Counted from the first letter of the stretch, positions 43,397-56,583 are shown. The stretch: DNA of 64,000 nt from Octopus sinensis (GCF_006345805.1 NC_043008.1:15624001-15688000); one strand, 5' to 3'. Numbers and translations are program-made. Notes: generated by a model not told the origin, from the letters alone.

Positions 43397-43949
43397 TCTG
43401 TAAATGTGATATGTGCCAATTATTCGGTAGCCATGATAAAACTCCGAGTTTCGGATGCCATCGGATTTTCATACCTTTTTTTCCGATGGCCGGCTAACTG
43501 AAGAGATGGCGGCGTGGATTTCCACTTTGGCATCCGAAACTCGGAGTTTTATTATGGCTATCGAATAATTGTCACATATTACATTTACAGATAAATTCCT
43601 CTATTTACGTAATATCGAGGTCTCCTTCATTCTTTTATTGTCTTACACATTTTTATCAATACATATATATATATATAATATATATATATATCTGTAAATG
43701 TGATATGTGCCAATTATTCGGTAGCCATGATAAAACTCCGAGTTTCGGATGCCATCGGATTTTCATACCTTTTTTTCCGATGGCCGGCTAACTGAAGAGA
43801 TGGCGGCGTGGATTTCCACTTTGGCATCCGAAACTCGGAGTTTTATTATGGCTATCGATAATTGTCACATATTACATTTACAGATAAATTCCTCTATTTA
43901 CGTAATATCGAGGTCTCCTTCATTCTTTTATGTCTTACCATTTTTATCA

Positions 43950-43960
<11 letters not shown>
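43397..43960 (+). mobile_element. Two tandem copies of a PLE-terminal-like element with a 65-bp inverted arm and a hammerhead-like core
   Basis: Arms TCTGTAAATG...GGATGCCA / TGGCATCC...CATTTACAGA at 43397-43591 and 43691-43884; each unit bounded by (TA)n; CTGAAGA...GAAAC core. Confidence 0.7.
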
Positions 43961-44010
<50 letters not shown>

Positions 44011-44872
44011 TATGTCAGAATTTCATGTATAACTATACAGTGATACAAAATATTCGGAATATAACCCAGGAGTTTAATATATATAAAATAACCAACTAAA
44101 AGAGTGAGGTGGTTGTCGCATGAATAGAACTTGTCCGAAAACATTTAAGCCAAAACAATCTATAATAGACAGAAAGTTACTTTTAGGAGACTTAGGAAGA
44201 GAAAAAATTCTAATAATATATATTGCGGAGTATGAAAATATAATATCGGGGTATGACTTATTTTTGCCTATTTGTTATTTTGCTTTCTCTTTCACTTAAT
44301 ACCAATAGCATTGCAAGCAAGCCAATTTGTGTTTTGATATCTAGACTTGTCTGAAATGACACATGACAGTAAGCTAGAAGATGAGACTACCGTACGTCGA
44401 GAATGGAATTCAATAGATTAAATATTTCCCAAGGGTCTATAATAATGGGATGTTTTGCAGATTGGTTTCCGTTTATTCCCGGCCATTTATCAATATTTTA
44501 CCATAAATCCTTTGATCTTTTAAAGTTGAAGAATTAGGAATTATATTGGTCGTACCGTATTCCAGGGCACGTGTACTATTTACGAAGCATTAAAACGGTA
44601 ACTATACTGACATAACTACATAACATCGATGTTATTAGGAGGACATCATTAAGATCATCCAGTAACACTAGTATCGTTACAGGCTGCATCTGTGTACCAT
44701 GGATAGAAACCTGTCGGAGGAAAGCCATTTAACATTATTCATATTTTATTAAGTCATAAAACTTCAGATTTGAAAATAGGAAATCATATTAATCCTGCAA
44801 AATTCGCAATTGAAATTCCGGTGAAATGCTGAAATCTAATGCATGCATGATGTTATATAAGCATGTTTATTG

Positions 44873-45280
44873 TTTTACTCTTTTACTTGTTTCAGTCATT
44901 TGCTTGTGGCCACGCTGGAGCACCGCCTTTAGTCCAGGAAATCGCCCCCAGGACTTATACTTTGTATGCCTAGTACTTAATCTATCGGTCTCTTTTGCCG
45001 AGCCACTAAGTTACGGGGACGTAAACACACCAGTATCGGTTGTCAAGCGATGTTGGGGGGACAAACACAGACACACAAACATTTACACACAAATACATAT
45101 ATAGATATACACATATACGATGGGCTTCTATCAGTTTCCAACTACCAAATCCACTCACAAGGCTTTGGTCGGCTCGAGTCCATAGTAGAAGACACTTGCC
45201 CAAGGTGCTATGCAATGGGACTGAACCCGGAACCATCAAGTTTGTAAGGAAGCTACTTACCACAAGCACTCCTACGGCTG
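44873..45280 (-). mobile_element. Family-B SINE, full length
   Basis: Reverse complement of the 46276-46687 copy along its whole length. Confidence 0.94.
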
Positions 45281-46275
45281 TTTTATTAACTTCATTTAAT
45301 ATACGTGTACCGGAAGTGTCTCTGGGAAAATACTGTCTTTCTCTAAAATATATCTACGAATAAATTCAGAGTCAAATATTTGTGTCAGTGAATCAACAAT
45401 CTGTCTTGGGACTCTGAATCTAATTCAAGAATTAAACCATGTTAGACTGTGATAACCGTTTACAAATTCGCGTTCTCAATTGTAAAAATATGAGCTCCTC
45501 TTGCTCATAGCCACAGCAGTCCCTAGTACAGAAAACTTGGAATCATTAAGTTTCGCTGATACTTGAACAATCAATTAACCTACATAACTATATTTAAGTT
45601 ACTAGTTAATGAGATATTTCCGAACTACATTTCTGTTTGCTTGTCGCCTCGATACTCCATTTGATATTGAAAACCGTGGTTCACATTGAACATGAATTGC
45701 ACCATTACTAATCTTTGAAACCTTACAAATATTATAAAAGCTTATTTGATTAATTAATATTAAAGAAATAATATAGTAATGACCGCATATTGCTTTTAGA
45801 GGCATTTGGTATCCAATCAAATGAAAATGAAATATGAAAATGAGAATAATATTGCTTTTTCAAAGAGCTTTGGACATAAAGCTGTGTCGCAAAAACACTT
45901 TAGATTTCTGTTAATATCTCGTTAAAATCAAGACTATAAAACAGATGTAGTGTAAACATGTGAGCGTTAGATACAGAAGAATTTATAGATTTCCCACACT
46001 ATGATTGTAAAATATTCACTCGTATGTTGCACATAGAGTGTGCTATTTCTATAAATAATGGAATGACATTCTGATATGTTAGTTATTACATCTCTAAATA
46101 AATGAACATTTTAATCTCACATCAGTTCAATATGTATAGAAGTATGAGAGTACACATCATACTTGTGATATACTTTGAGATCATCTCAATGAAAGCATTT
46201 TATTGGAGTAAGAGGACAAACAGTAAAAGCTGCATTTCATTTTAGAAAATAATTTTAAAGCATATATATATATGA

Positions 46276-46687
46276 GGCGCAGGAGTGGCTGTGTGGTAAG
46301 TAGCTTGTTTACCAACCACATGGTTCCGGGTTCAGTCCCACTGCGTGGCACCTTGGGCAAGTGTCTTCTACTATAGCCTCGGGCCGACCAAAGCCTTGTG
46401 AGTGGATTTGGTAGACGGAAACTGAAAGAAGCCCGTCGTATATATGTATATATATGTACGCGTGTCTGTTTGTGTGTCTGTGTTTGTCCCCCTAGCATTG
46501 CTTGACAGCTGATGCTGGTGTGTTTATGTCCCCGTTACTTAGCGGTTCGGCAAAAGAGACCGATAGAATAAGTACAGGGCTTACAAAAGAATAAGTCCCG
46601 GGGTCGAGTTGCTCGATTAAAGGCGGTGCTCCAGCATGGCCGCAGTCAAATGACTGAAACAAGTAAAAGAGTAAAAGAGAAAGAGTA
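46276..46687 (+). mobile_element. Family-B tRNA-derived SINE, near-intact
   Basis: Head GGCGCAGGAGTGGCTGTGTGGTAAG...GGTTCAGTCCC (A/B-box-like), CCTTGGGCAAGT, internal (TA)(TG) tract, tail (TAAAAGAG)n; possible TSD TATGA. Confidence 0.96.
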
Positions 46688-47459
46688 TGATTTCATGATA
46701 TCATAGACGTTGGTCTACGATAACAAATTTAATGTAAGACAGGATGTAATGATACAAAATTGAAGACTGTGACCATTATTGTTCCATACACGATGAAGAT
46801 AACAGACAACGCAACTGAGAAGTAAAACAGGAAATAATTGGAATGATAACTAAATAGATTTACTCTGTGCGTAACTAAACATATACGTAAAAGGCAGTTT
46901 CAAGTATTTACCGAAAAGACTGATCACTTATATTATTTTAAAGAGCTAACGCAATCTTATTCATGAAGAGTCCCCCAGTCCATTGCTGTTGTTGCTACTA
47001 ATACTAACATAGCGGACACTAGCACAACAATCACAGTCGCTATCAAATTATTTCAAGCTTATCCTTATAATTCATAATGCTTTCCTAACTTCACTTGCAT
47101 CCTAAATCAGTTCCATGCATTTTGCTATATAACTAATAAGTATACATCAGTATTAGATTGCATTTAAATCATATTATTAAGTTTCCATCTTGGATAAAAA
47201 GTCTTTCATTTGAGATGCGCATTGCTCTCCATCTTCCTTTAGGCAACTATTAAATAACAATCGATGTTGCAAACTTAATCTAGAGTATGTGTCTAATATA
47301 TCTTGCATCTATCAGCTGCAATTATCTCAATTCGGCTAAATATATCCGTAATACATATACAATACATACATAATACACACGCATACTCACTCAACATGTA
47401 TGTATGTATGTATGTATGTATATATAAGAGAGAGAGAAAGAGATTTCTATATATGTATA

Positions 47460-47508
<49 letters not shown>

Positions 47509-47677
47509 TATTATATATATATAATGCATGCACATATACACAAATGTATGTGTATATTATATACATATATATATATATACATAAACATATATTTATATGT
47601 TTATGAATATGTATCTATCTCTCTCTCTCTCTATATATATATATATACAGAGTATGTGTATACATACATACACACAT

Positions 47678-47722
<45 letters not shown>

Positions 47723-47772
47723 GTATGGATCGGATGTAACATGTACGTACATGTATGTAAACAAATGAACGC

Positions 47773-47824
<52 letters not shown>

Positions 47825-48458
47825 TTGTGTGTGTACGTATATATATATGTACATAAATATATACATACATAAACACACATACACACAGACACGCACACTT
47901 ACACGAAGACAGACATATATGCATAAATTAAGAGTGACAGCGCATTTGTCGTATTACGCATGATGAAGTATATATATATTCAAATTATTTCCAGGTAAAG
48001 GTAGGATTACAATATGTTCATTTTTTTTTCTCCCTTTGCACGTATTATGTTTTCGAGCGGCAACAATTGATGAAAATCTAATTAATAGCTATGCACATGT
48101 AGATTATGAACTGCCGAGAAACTAATTACTTACCTTGGATAGAAGGGAAGATTCAGTGAAATAACAGTTTAAGCAGTTTTTTTTGGTTTTTTTTTATATA
48201 AAACTATTTACGATATCAAATGATGATACGAAACAATTAGTAAAAAGCAAATTTCACTGAAATTCGCAAACCTTGCAGATATTCTATTGATTACTATGTG
48301 TATATCCACTTGAGATGATTGCAACATAACAGGGATAGTTAATCCTATGCTTTTAGTCAGAATTAAGTATGACGGCCCACTTTATATAGTAACGGCAGAT
48401 TTTGTCTTAGCATGCGGTTGATACTATGTACATACAAGCAAAAAAGTTCAACGTGGCT

Positions 48459-48511
<53 letters not shown>

Positions 48512-48620
48512 TATATCCAGCATGCTCTCTGATTTTGCTGAACAATTTTAGACTATTATTGATATAGGGTAATATATTTAACAACACTGAATTCTGAGGA
48601 ATAACTCCGCTGGACGAATA

Positions 48621-48855
48621 CCTATTTCTTTACTACCCACAAGGAGCTAAACATAGAGGGGACAAACAAGGACAGACAAATGGATTAAGTCGATTACATC
48701 GATCCCAGTGCGTAACTGGTACTTAATTTATCGACTTCGAAAGGATGAAAGGCAAAGTCGACTTCGGCGGAATTTGAACTCACAACGTAACGACAGACGA
48801 AATACGGCTACGCATTTCACCCGGCGTGCTAACGTTTCTGCCAGCTCGCCGCCTT
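48621..48855 (-). mobile_element. Family-A SINE, near-intact, with a 15-bp flanking direct repeat
   Basis: Full reverse-complement copy; CCGCTGGACGAATAC at 48607-48621 and 48865-48879. Confidence 0.95.
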
Positions 48856-49089
48856 TAACGAATGCCGCTGGACGAATACCGCAGATGATTTGCCATCCGC
48901 GGTGTATCATTTGATATATCGACCCCAGTATTTATTTTGCCAGTTTCTTTTGCTGACACGATTACGGTGATGTAACCATACCAAAAGCAGTTGTCAAGCG
49001 GTGATGGGGGACAAGCAAACACAAAGACATAATATATATTGAATGAGTTTGTTTCATTATATATATATATATAATATATATGTGTAACT

Positions 49090-49795
49090 GGGCTATACAT
49101 ATAAGCAGCAAAGTTGACATGGCCCGCAGAATGTGTTCCTGGATTCTCAGAACCTTCCAGTCGAGAGATTCCCACACTATTATCCTTCTCTTCTTCACTT
49201 TTGCCCGACCCCACCTTGAATACTGCTGTCCACTGTAGTCTCCCTACACAAAACAAAATATTATGAGAATTGAAGCTCCCCAAAGGTCAATCATAAAAAA
49301 GATAGATGGCATGTCAGGCCTTGACTACTGGGGTAGACTAGAGAAGATGAAACTATTCACTCCAACGACGCCGTGGACGCTACATTATCTGTATGATGTG
49401 GAAAATATTCCATCAGCACTGTCCGAATGATGTTGGCATCACCTTCAAAATACATCCAAGGCTTGGACCACGTGCCATCCGTCCACAACAAAAATGTAAA
49501 TCGCATCACATAACGACAATACGGCACAACCATTTCACCTCAATTGGATCCGCTTTCTTCAACATTACACCAGGACACGTCAAAAAAGAAACTGACCACA
49601 CAAATTCAAGAAGTCTTTGGACCAATTCCTTCAAACAGTCCCGAACAAACCACCCACAACCGGATATGTCTCCGCAAACAATAACTCTCTGCTCGAATCC
49701 TGAATTGAAGGACTTCGCCAGGTGGTGCTATTAAGTTAGACATGGCCTGGGCCAATACTGGCCAAAACCTTTCTAAGTCATTCTAAGTTAAGTTA
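49090..49795 (+). mobile_element. CR1-group LINE 3' end with 3' UTR
   Basis: WILRTFQSRD, ARPHLEYCCPL*SP, LDYWGRLEKMKL, FKKSLDQFLQTVP..P..GYVSANNNSLLE, then (CTAAGT)-type tail. Confidence 0.9.
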
Positions 49796-49807
49796 TATAT
49801 ATATATA

Positions 49808-50404
49808 ATCATAAGCTGGTGCTTAGCCTTATTTCTCATATATATATATAATATATATAATATATATATATATAATTATATATATTTGTGTTGTGTGTGT
49901 TGTGTAGCGTACATACTTACATATATACGTACATACATACATACCTACATATATATATATGATATATAGATATTAATACCCTTCGGTATACACCTCGCTT
50001 GGATATTTACCATTTCCAAGGGTTCGCTCCATATGAAACATATGTAACCTGGATCATCTCTATTCCTTTCCTTAATACTTATTCTATACCATATATATAT
50101 GTGTGTGTGTGTGTGTGTCTATATGTATATATATACAATACTGGTTTATTGAGACGGAGGGTTGTAGATTTTCACGGTAGGCGACCAGGGATTCGGGATA
50201 TAGGAATAAGTATTAAGGAAAGGAATAGAGATGATCCAGGTTACATATGTTTCATATGGAGCGAACCCTTGGAAATGGTAAATATCCAAGCGAGGTGTAT
50301 ACCGAAGGGTATTCATATATATATATATATATATATATATGTAGGTATGTATGTATGTACGTATATATGTAAGTATGTACGCTTACACACACACACACAC
50401 ACAC

Positions 50405-50451
<47 letters not shown>

Positions 50452-50477
50452 AATAAGGCTAAGCACCAGCTTATGAT
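49808..50477. repeat. Inverted repeat, about 280-bp arms and about 105-bp spacer
   Basis: 49808-50090 is the reverse complement of about 50196-50477, including internal microsatellites. Confidence 0.93.
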
Positions 50478-50723
50478 ATAGTTCCTACGCGCGTTTGAAA
50501 GTTATTGCGGCTATGAACCCGCAATGAATATTTCAAGGGCATTTATATACATAAAACTGTTTTTGTATATATATATATGCTTAAATAGATATGTGCACTT
50601 GTGATATACACAAATAACTATGAAAGTATGTCTCTGTTTCTGACACTGTTTTCTTTACGTGTGTATGTTTCCATATTTATGACACAAATTTAGTACTCTA
50701 TATATCTGAATCTCTCTCTATCG

Positions 50724-50837
<114 letters not shown>

Positions 50838-52004
50838 ATACTATATATATATATTTATCTACACGCACGCTCACACACACACATATATATATATACATAT
50901 ACAGAAAATTGAGAGTGGGAGAGATACCTATTGGTGAGAAAGGGAGGGAGTTCCTTTGCTTTGAAATCTGTACTTATTAAATTTATATATATATATACAA
51001 TATATAACACAATAATATATTGAATATATAATACTATATACTATATAGTGTATATTTCTTTCATGTATTCTACTGTCAAAGATGAACCTTCTATACAACA
51101 ATAATGTTATATAATATATAGCGGAAAAAAGGAACAAGAGTTGAGAAAGAGAGTGTCAGAGGGCAAAAACTTTAGACAGATGGTTTGATAGATATGTGGT
51201 TAAGAAGATAAATAGATATTTGGTGAGGTTGTCTGGGGAAATGATAGATAGAATGGTGTATATTTACTTTGCTAGATTTTTATGCTAAGATACTGTAGAC
51301 TTATCTTAGGTCACCTTTAAAATTATATCTAGAAATGATCTCAAATACCTTTTAATAGTTAAACTAAAAATGAACTTGTATGATAATTTATGTATTTTGA
51401 AATTGGAATGTTAACAACGCAATTTATTATACCGTTTCAGAATCTGACGTTTATGGTGTCCGATAAAATATTTGTAGATAAACCAGCACATCAAAGATTT
51501 GTACAAGTATATTCTTTGGTTTTGTTCTTGTTGCTATATTGCCACTTGAAGAATAATGGGAGGCAAAGAAGGAAGTGCTACCCTTCAGTAAATTTATTGA
51601 AAATGGAAGAAAAGTTGCTGGTTTGGTGTGGTCGAAGGGGGTTTACTTTGAACACGTATTGATAAAGCAAATGAAGACACGTGAGTGTATGGTGGCCTTG
51701 CTCATTCAAATCAGAGAAACAAGTGGAATTATATTAGTTTCAAAGGGACAGCCCTGTTTTGGAAGTTACGCACTGCATATTTCCCTATTTTATCACAGCT
51801 TAGCCTTGTGTTTCCATTACGTGAAAAAAAATTACATCTCCTAGTGTGGCTAATAAAGAACTGAATACAATTTTCCTGTTTGCAAGAGGATAATAATAGT
51901 TACTATTTTAAAAATTATAATAACAGAATCAATGACACAGGTGATAGCAGGCCAAACATAGCATTAAATAGGCGAGGGATTAAAATTAATCAAAGGACAT
52001 AGGG

Positions 52005-52270
52005 ACCATGGGATTGCAGCTAGTAAGTTACCCACCGAGGCACAAGTCCGGGAATCATTGCTTATGGAAGACTAGTATGTTTTCCACGTAAACCATCTCC
52101 TCTCTAGACTCCGCCGATGTTATCAAGGGGGAAGGCGTAGGCCGATACAGCTTGGCACCAGTGATGTTGCAACACATTTCTACAGCTGAGTGAACTGGAC
52201 CAGCGTAAGATAAACAGAGCACATAGCCCGGTCCGGGAATCGAAATGACTACCTCATGATATGCCCGACT
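52005..52270 (-). mobile_element. Family-D tRNA-derived SINE
   Basis: Minus strand reads CATGAGGTAGTCATTTCGATTCCCGGACCGGG (B box), then CCAGTTCACTCAGCTGTAGAAATG; related to 60296-60420. Confidence 0.8.
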
Positions 52271-52552
52271 ATCTGTCTCAGTGGGGCAGTGTGCTCTCCG
52301 CTACCGCTCGACAACTATCTCTGTAAATTAGCGATTCGAGTAGAGAAAATTATAGAATAAGTAGGAGGCTGAATGAATTTAATAAAAGAGCCTGAGGAAC
52401 CTGCACAAAGTAGATGAAGGTATTTTTAAAATCAAAGTTGGACCTATTCCTGTCGAGAGTCTCAGATGAACCTACATCACGGCAAGAGGTGCGAATCAAC
52501 GGTAGCTACATCAAACTCCATTCTTAACCAAGTGCCACATATTAGAGGAGGC

Positions 52553-52694
52553 TCAAAAATATTAATAGCTGGAGCCAGAATATGCTCTCGTTTACCGAAC
52601 AATTCTATTCCGAATAATGTGCTTATTATGCGGAAAATACCCATTATATATGAGTGTGTGTGTACGTGAGTGTGCGTGTTTATATATGTATATA

Positions 52695-52774
<80 letters not shown>

Positions 52775-53099
52775 ACTTATACTTAATTTGATACAAATTC
52801 TCTGGCAAAAATATTAATAGCTACACAAATATACATACATAGTAGCCAAACGGTGTTGCATCAGTGTGGCCGCAGCAATGAGCTGAAACTAGAGAGAATT
52901 TAACAAAAACATCTAAATATGAAACGTCATGAAAATTGTTGAAACTGAAGTCCTTCCTGAGCGACATATTTCTCCATTCGAATCAATACAGAATTACAGG
53001 TAGTATTTATGGAACTTTGAGTTACTGTCGGGTGAATTCTGCTCAACCCTGCACACAAATACATACATACATACATATATACATACATACATACATACA

Positions 53100-53133
<34 letters not shown>

Positions 53134-53175
53134 CATACATACATATATACATACATACATACATACATACATACA

Positions 53176-53209
<34 letters not shown>

Positions 53210-53364
53210 CATACATACATATATACATACATACATATATATATATATGTGTATATATATATATATGTGTATATATATATATATGTGTATATATATATAT
53301 ATATAATATATATATATATATGTATATATGTATATATATATATATAATATATATATATATACAC

Positions 53365-53395
<31 letters not shown>

Positions 53396-53747
53396 TATAT
53401 ATATGTATATATATATATATGTGTGTGTGTGTGTACTTATACTTAATTTGATACAAATTCTCTGGCAAAAATATTAATAGCTACACAAATATACATACAT
53501 AGTAGCCAAACGGTGTTGCATCAGTGTGGCCGCAGCAATGAGCTGAAACTAGAGAGAATTTAACAAAAACATCTAAATATGAAACGTCATGAAAATTGTT
53601 GAAACTGAAGTCCTTCCTGAGCGACATATTTCTCCATTCGAATCAATACAGAATTACAGGTAGTATTTATGGAACTTTGAGTTACTGTCGGGTGAATTCT
53701 GCTCAACCCTGCACACAAATACATACATACATATATACATACATACA

Positions 53748-53832
<85 letters not shown>

Positions 53833-53862
53833 ATATATATATATATATATATGTGTATATAT

Positions 53863-53957
<95 letters not shown>

Positions 53958-53973
53958 ATATATATAATATATA

Positions 53974-54019
<46 letters not shown>

Positions 54020-54152
54020 TATATGAACACGCACGCTCACATTCACACACACTCATATATAATGGGTATTTTCCGCATAATAAGCACATTATTCGGAATA
54101 GTATTGTTCGGTAAAGGAGAACATATTGTGACTCCAGCTATTAATATTTTTG
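52553..54152. repeat. About 140-bp inverted repeat pair (52553-52695 / 54010-54152) enclosing a 660-bp tandem duplication
   Basis: Arms differ by scattered substitutions; the internal unique block recurs at an offset of exactly 660 (52801 vs 53461). Confidence 0.92.
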
Positions 54153-54240
54153 AAACCTATTAACCGTTCTCCATACTGTAGAATTATATTACAATTTTGT
54201 ATAAGGTATACTTACTTTTAAGAATTTATTCATACATATG

Positions 54241-54286
<46 letters not shown>

Positions 54287-54773
54287 TACATATTTGCATA
54301 CATATATATAAGTGTGTGTGTGTGTGTCTGTGAATGTGTTATATCTAAATATATTTAACCTACATATGTTTTATGTAGGTCATGAAGTAATTTAGGGGAA
54401 AATAATTCGGATCGCAAAATAAATTATATATAATTTATAAAAATAACGCGTGGATGTAAGATAACATCATTATTGATTCCAGGCGAAAATCAATACATTG
54501 GAATTTTTAAAAAAATCGCTTAGTCAGAAAAATGTATATGAGATCTCTTGCATCTGATAGAAGTGTTTTTCTTTTTTTTTTTTCTAGCGGTATTTAAGTA
54601 AATTTGTGTCTTTGAATACATGAGAATCAAACACGAACGTCTTGTATTTCAATCCTATCGTACATTGACTTGTTCCTCACGCTAAATTCTTATTACCTTT
54701 ATCCATTAAATATGATCCACACGTTATTTTACCCTACACTATATATTCTATTAGCGTACACATATTGGAATAT

Positions 54774-54830
<57 letters not shown>

Positions 54831-54849
54831 ATATATATATATATATAAA

Positions 54850-55101
54850 ACTTAGTTAAAACTTAGATATGTTTCGACCAAAGATTGCCCCAGGCCATGT
54901 CTAACTTAATAGCACTACCTGATAGGATTATCTAAATCCTGTTTAAGTCAAGTTTTGTTTATGGTCTATTCAAGTAGTGAGTTTTTGTTGGGTGCGTTGT
55001 ATCCAATTATAGGTGGCTTATCTGGTATTCCTTGAAGGAATCTATCTAGACTCCGTTTAAAGTTGATGGGATCCTTTTCCTCTTTGATCTCTTTCGGGAC
55101 A
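54850..55101 (-). mobile_element. CR1-group LINE extreme 3' end (same family as 49090-49795)
   Basis: IVPKEIKEEKDPINFKRSLDRFLQGIPDKPPIIGYNAPNKNSLLE* plus shared UTR GTGCTATTAAGTTAGACATGGCCTGGG. Confidence 0.9.
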
Positions 55102-55111
55102 ATATATATAT

Positions 55112-55161
<50 letters not shown>

Positions 55162-55349
55162 TTATAATTATGAGTATAATTATAATTAGGTTTAGGCAAA
55201 AAATTGCTTCACCACACACCGAACTTTACTCATAATTATAATAAATATTGTTTAAGTTTACCGATAATGGTTTTTTAACATACCGAATCCTACTTGGTGA
55301 AATTATTGATTATTAATTAATTAATTAATTTCACCCTTTATTATTATTG

Positions 55350-55380
<31 letters not shown>

Positions 55381-56342
55381 TTCAATTGCAAGGGTTGTTA
55401 TGATGTCTGCTTGATTTTATTAACAGAGGCCAGTCATTACGCACTGTCATGTTATTTTCCAAACGTCTTTGACGGCATTATCTATAAGGCCTGGCATTAT
55501 AACCTCATCCTTAGTATGTTGGTACGATTCTTTTGCAAGCGTTTCTCCTAATGCCTCCTCTCGTCCTGGATTTTACTGTTGGCCTCCTGGTGGAAAATCA
55601 ACTTTAAATTTGGACACAAGGTAGGCATTAGCCAAACAAAAACCAAACAAATTCTGTTAAAAGATCAGCAAGCCGTGTATATATGCATATATGTATGTAT
55701 GCATGTATCCTAAATTAACTATTTTATTAAAACATCTGCGAGATGCTTTGTAAAATAATGTCTACATGGCTTTGCTGTACATGAATATCCTTTGCTGTTT
55801 CTTTATTTTAAAAAAAAATCTACAATTTGATGTATTTAATCACGGTAAATACTAAAAAATGAATATAATATTCAAGTATTTATCCTATCACTTTTCAACG
55901 AAAAATTCTCTCTACTTAGTGAACCACATACAACCACACACAGCCTTCCTCCCTGCCCCCTCACTCACTCACTCACTTTTCACTCACTCACTTACTCGCA
56001 CTCACACACTCACTCACACATATATCCCTTACACACACACACACACCACACACACACACACACACACAGGGTAATTACGTGAAATCACGAACAGAGGTTC
56101 TAGGAAATGGACCCGTATCCAGAACACAAATAACTTCAAAATTCAACGGTTAAAATTTCAATATATAATATAGCGACAGTGTAAGAAAGTGCAGGCGTCG
56201 CTGGTTAAGGCACTTGCCTCTCTACGATATACGTGACATTTGGGCCAGTGTCTTCTACTACAGCCTCAGGTCGACCAAAGCCTTGAGAGTTCATTTGGTA
56301 GACGGAAAGTAAAAGAAACCCATCGTATGTATATATATATAT

Positions 56343-56583
56343 ATTATATTAAATTAGAGATAAAACCACTATTAGGCAAATCAAACAATGAGAAACTTAA
56401 GCCAATACATAAAAGTAATTAATTTATATTATTTTAAATATATAACAAAAGTATTAAAATTTAATAAAAGATAATGAGTAAAACACTACGATCGTTTCAT
56501 GGCTGTCCAATTCGTAATAATTCGAGTTATGGTTACAGTCAATCTTCAGGTAATTGAAATATTTATCTTAGCGAGGTTTATCA
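56343..56583 (-). mobile_element. PLE-type terminal fragment inserted in (TA)n
   Basis: AT-rich 240-bp insert between the two SINE halves; carries a hammerhead motif. Confidence 0.65.
56481..56555 (-). ncRNA. Minimal type-I hammerhead ribozyme motif (degenerate)
   Basis: Minus strand: AATTAC-CTGAAGA-T-TGACTGT...ACAGCCA-T-GAAAC-GATC-GTA-GTGTTT; core boxes intact, stem II 6/7 paired, palindromic stem III ACGATCGT, GUA site. Confidence 0.7.

Noticed and set aside
50030-50055. GAAACATATGTA half-hammerhead
   Set aside because: No CTGANGA box or stem-I partner upstream; not called as a ribozyme.
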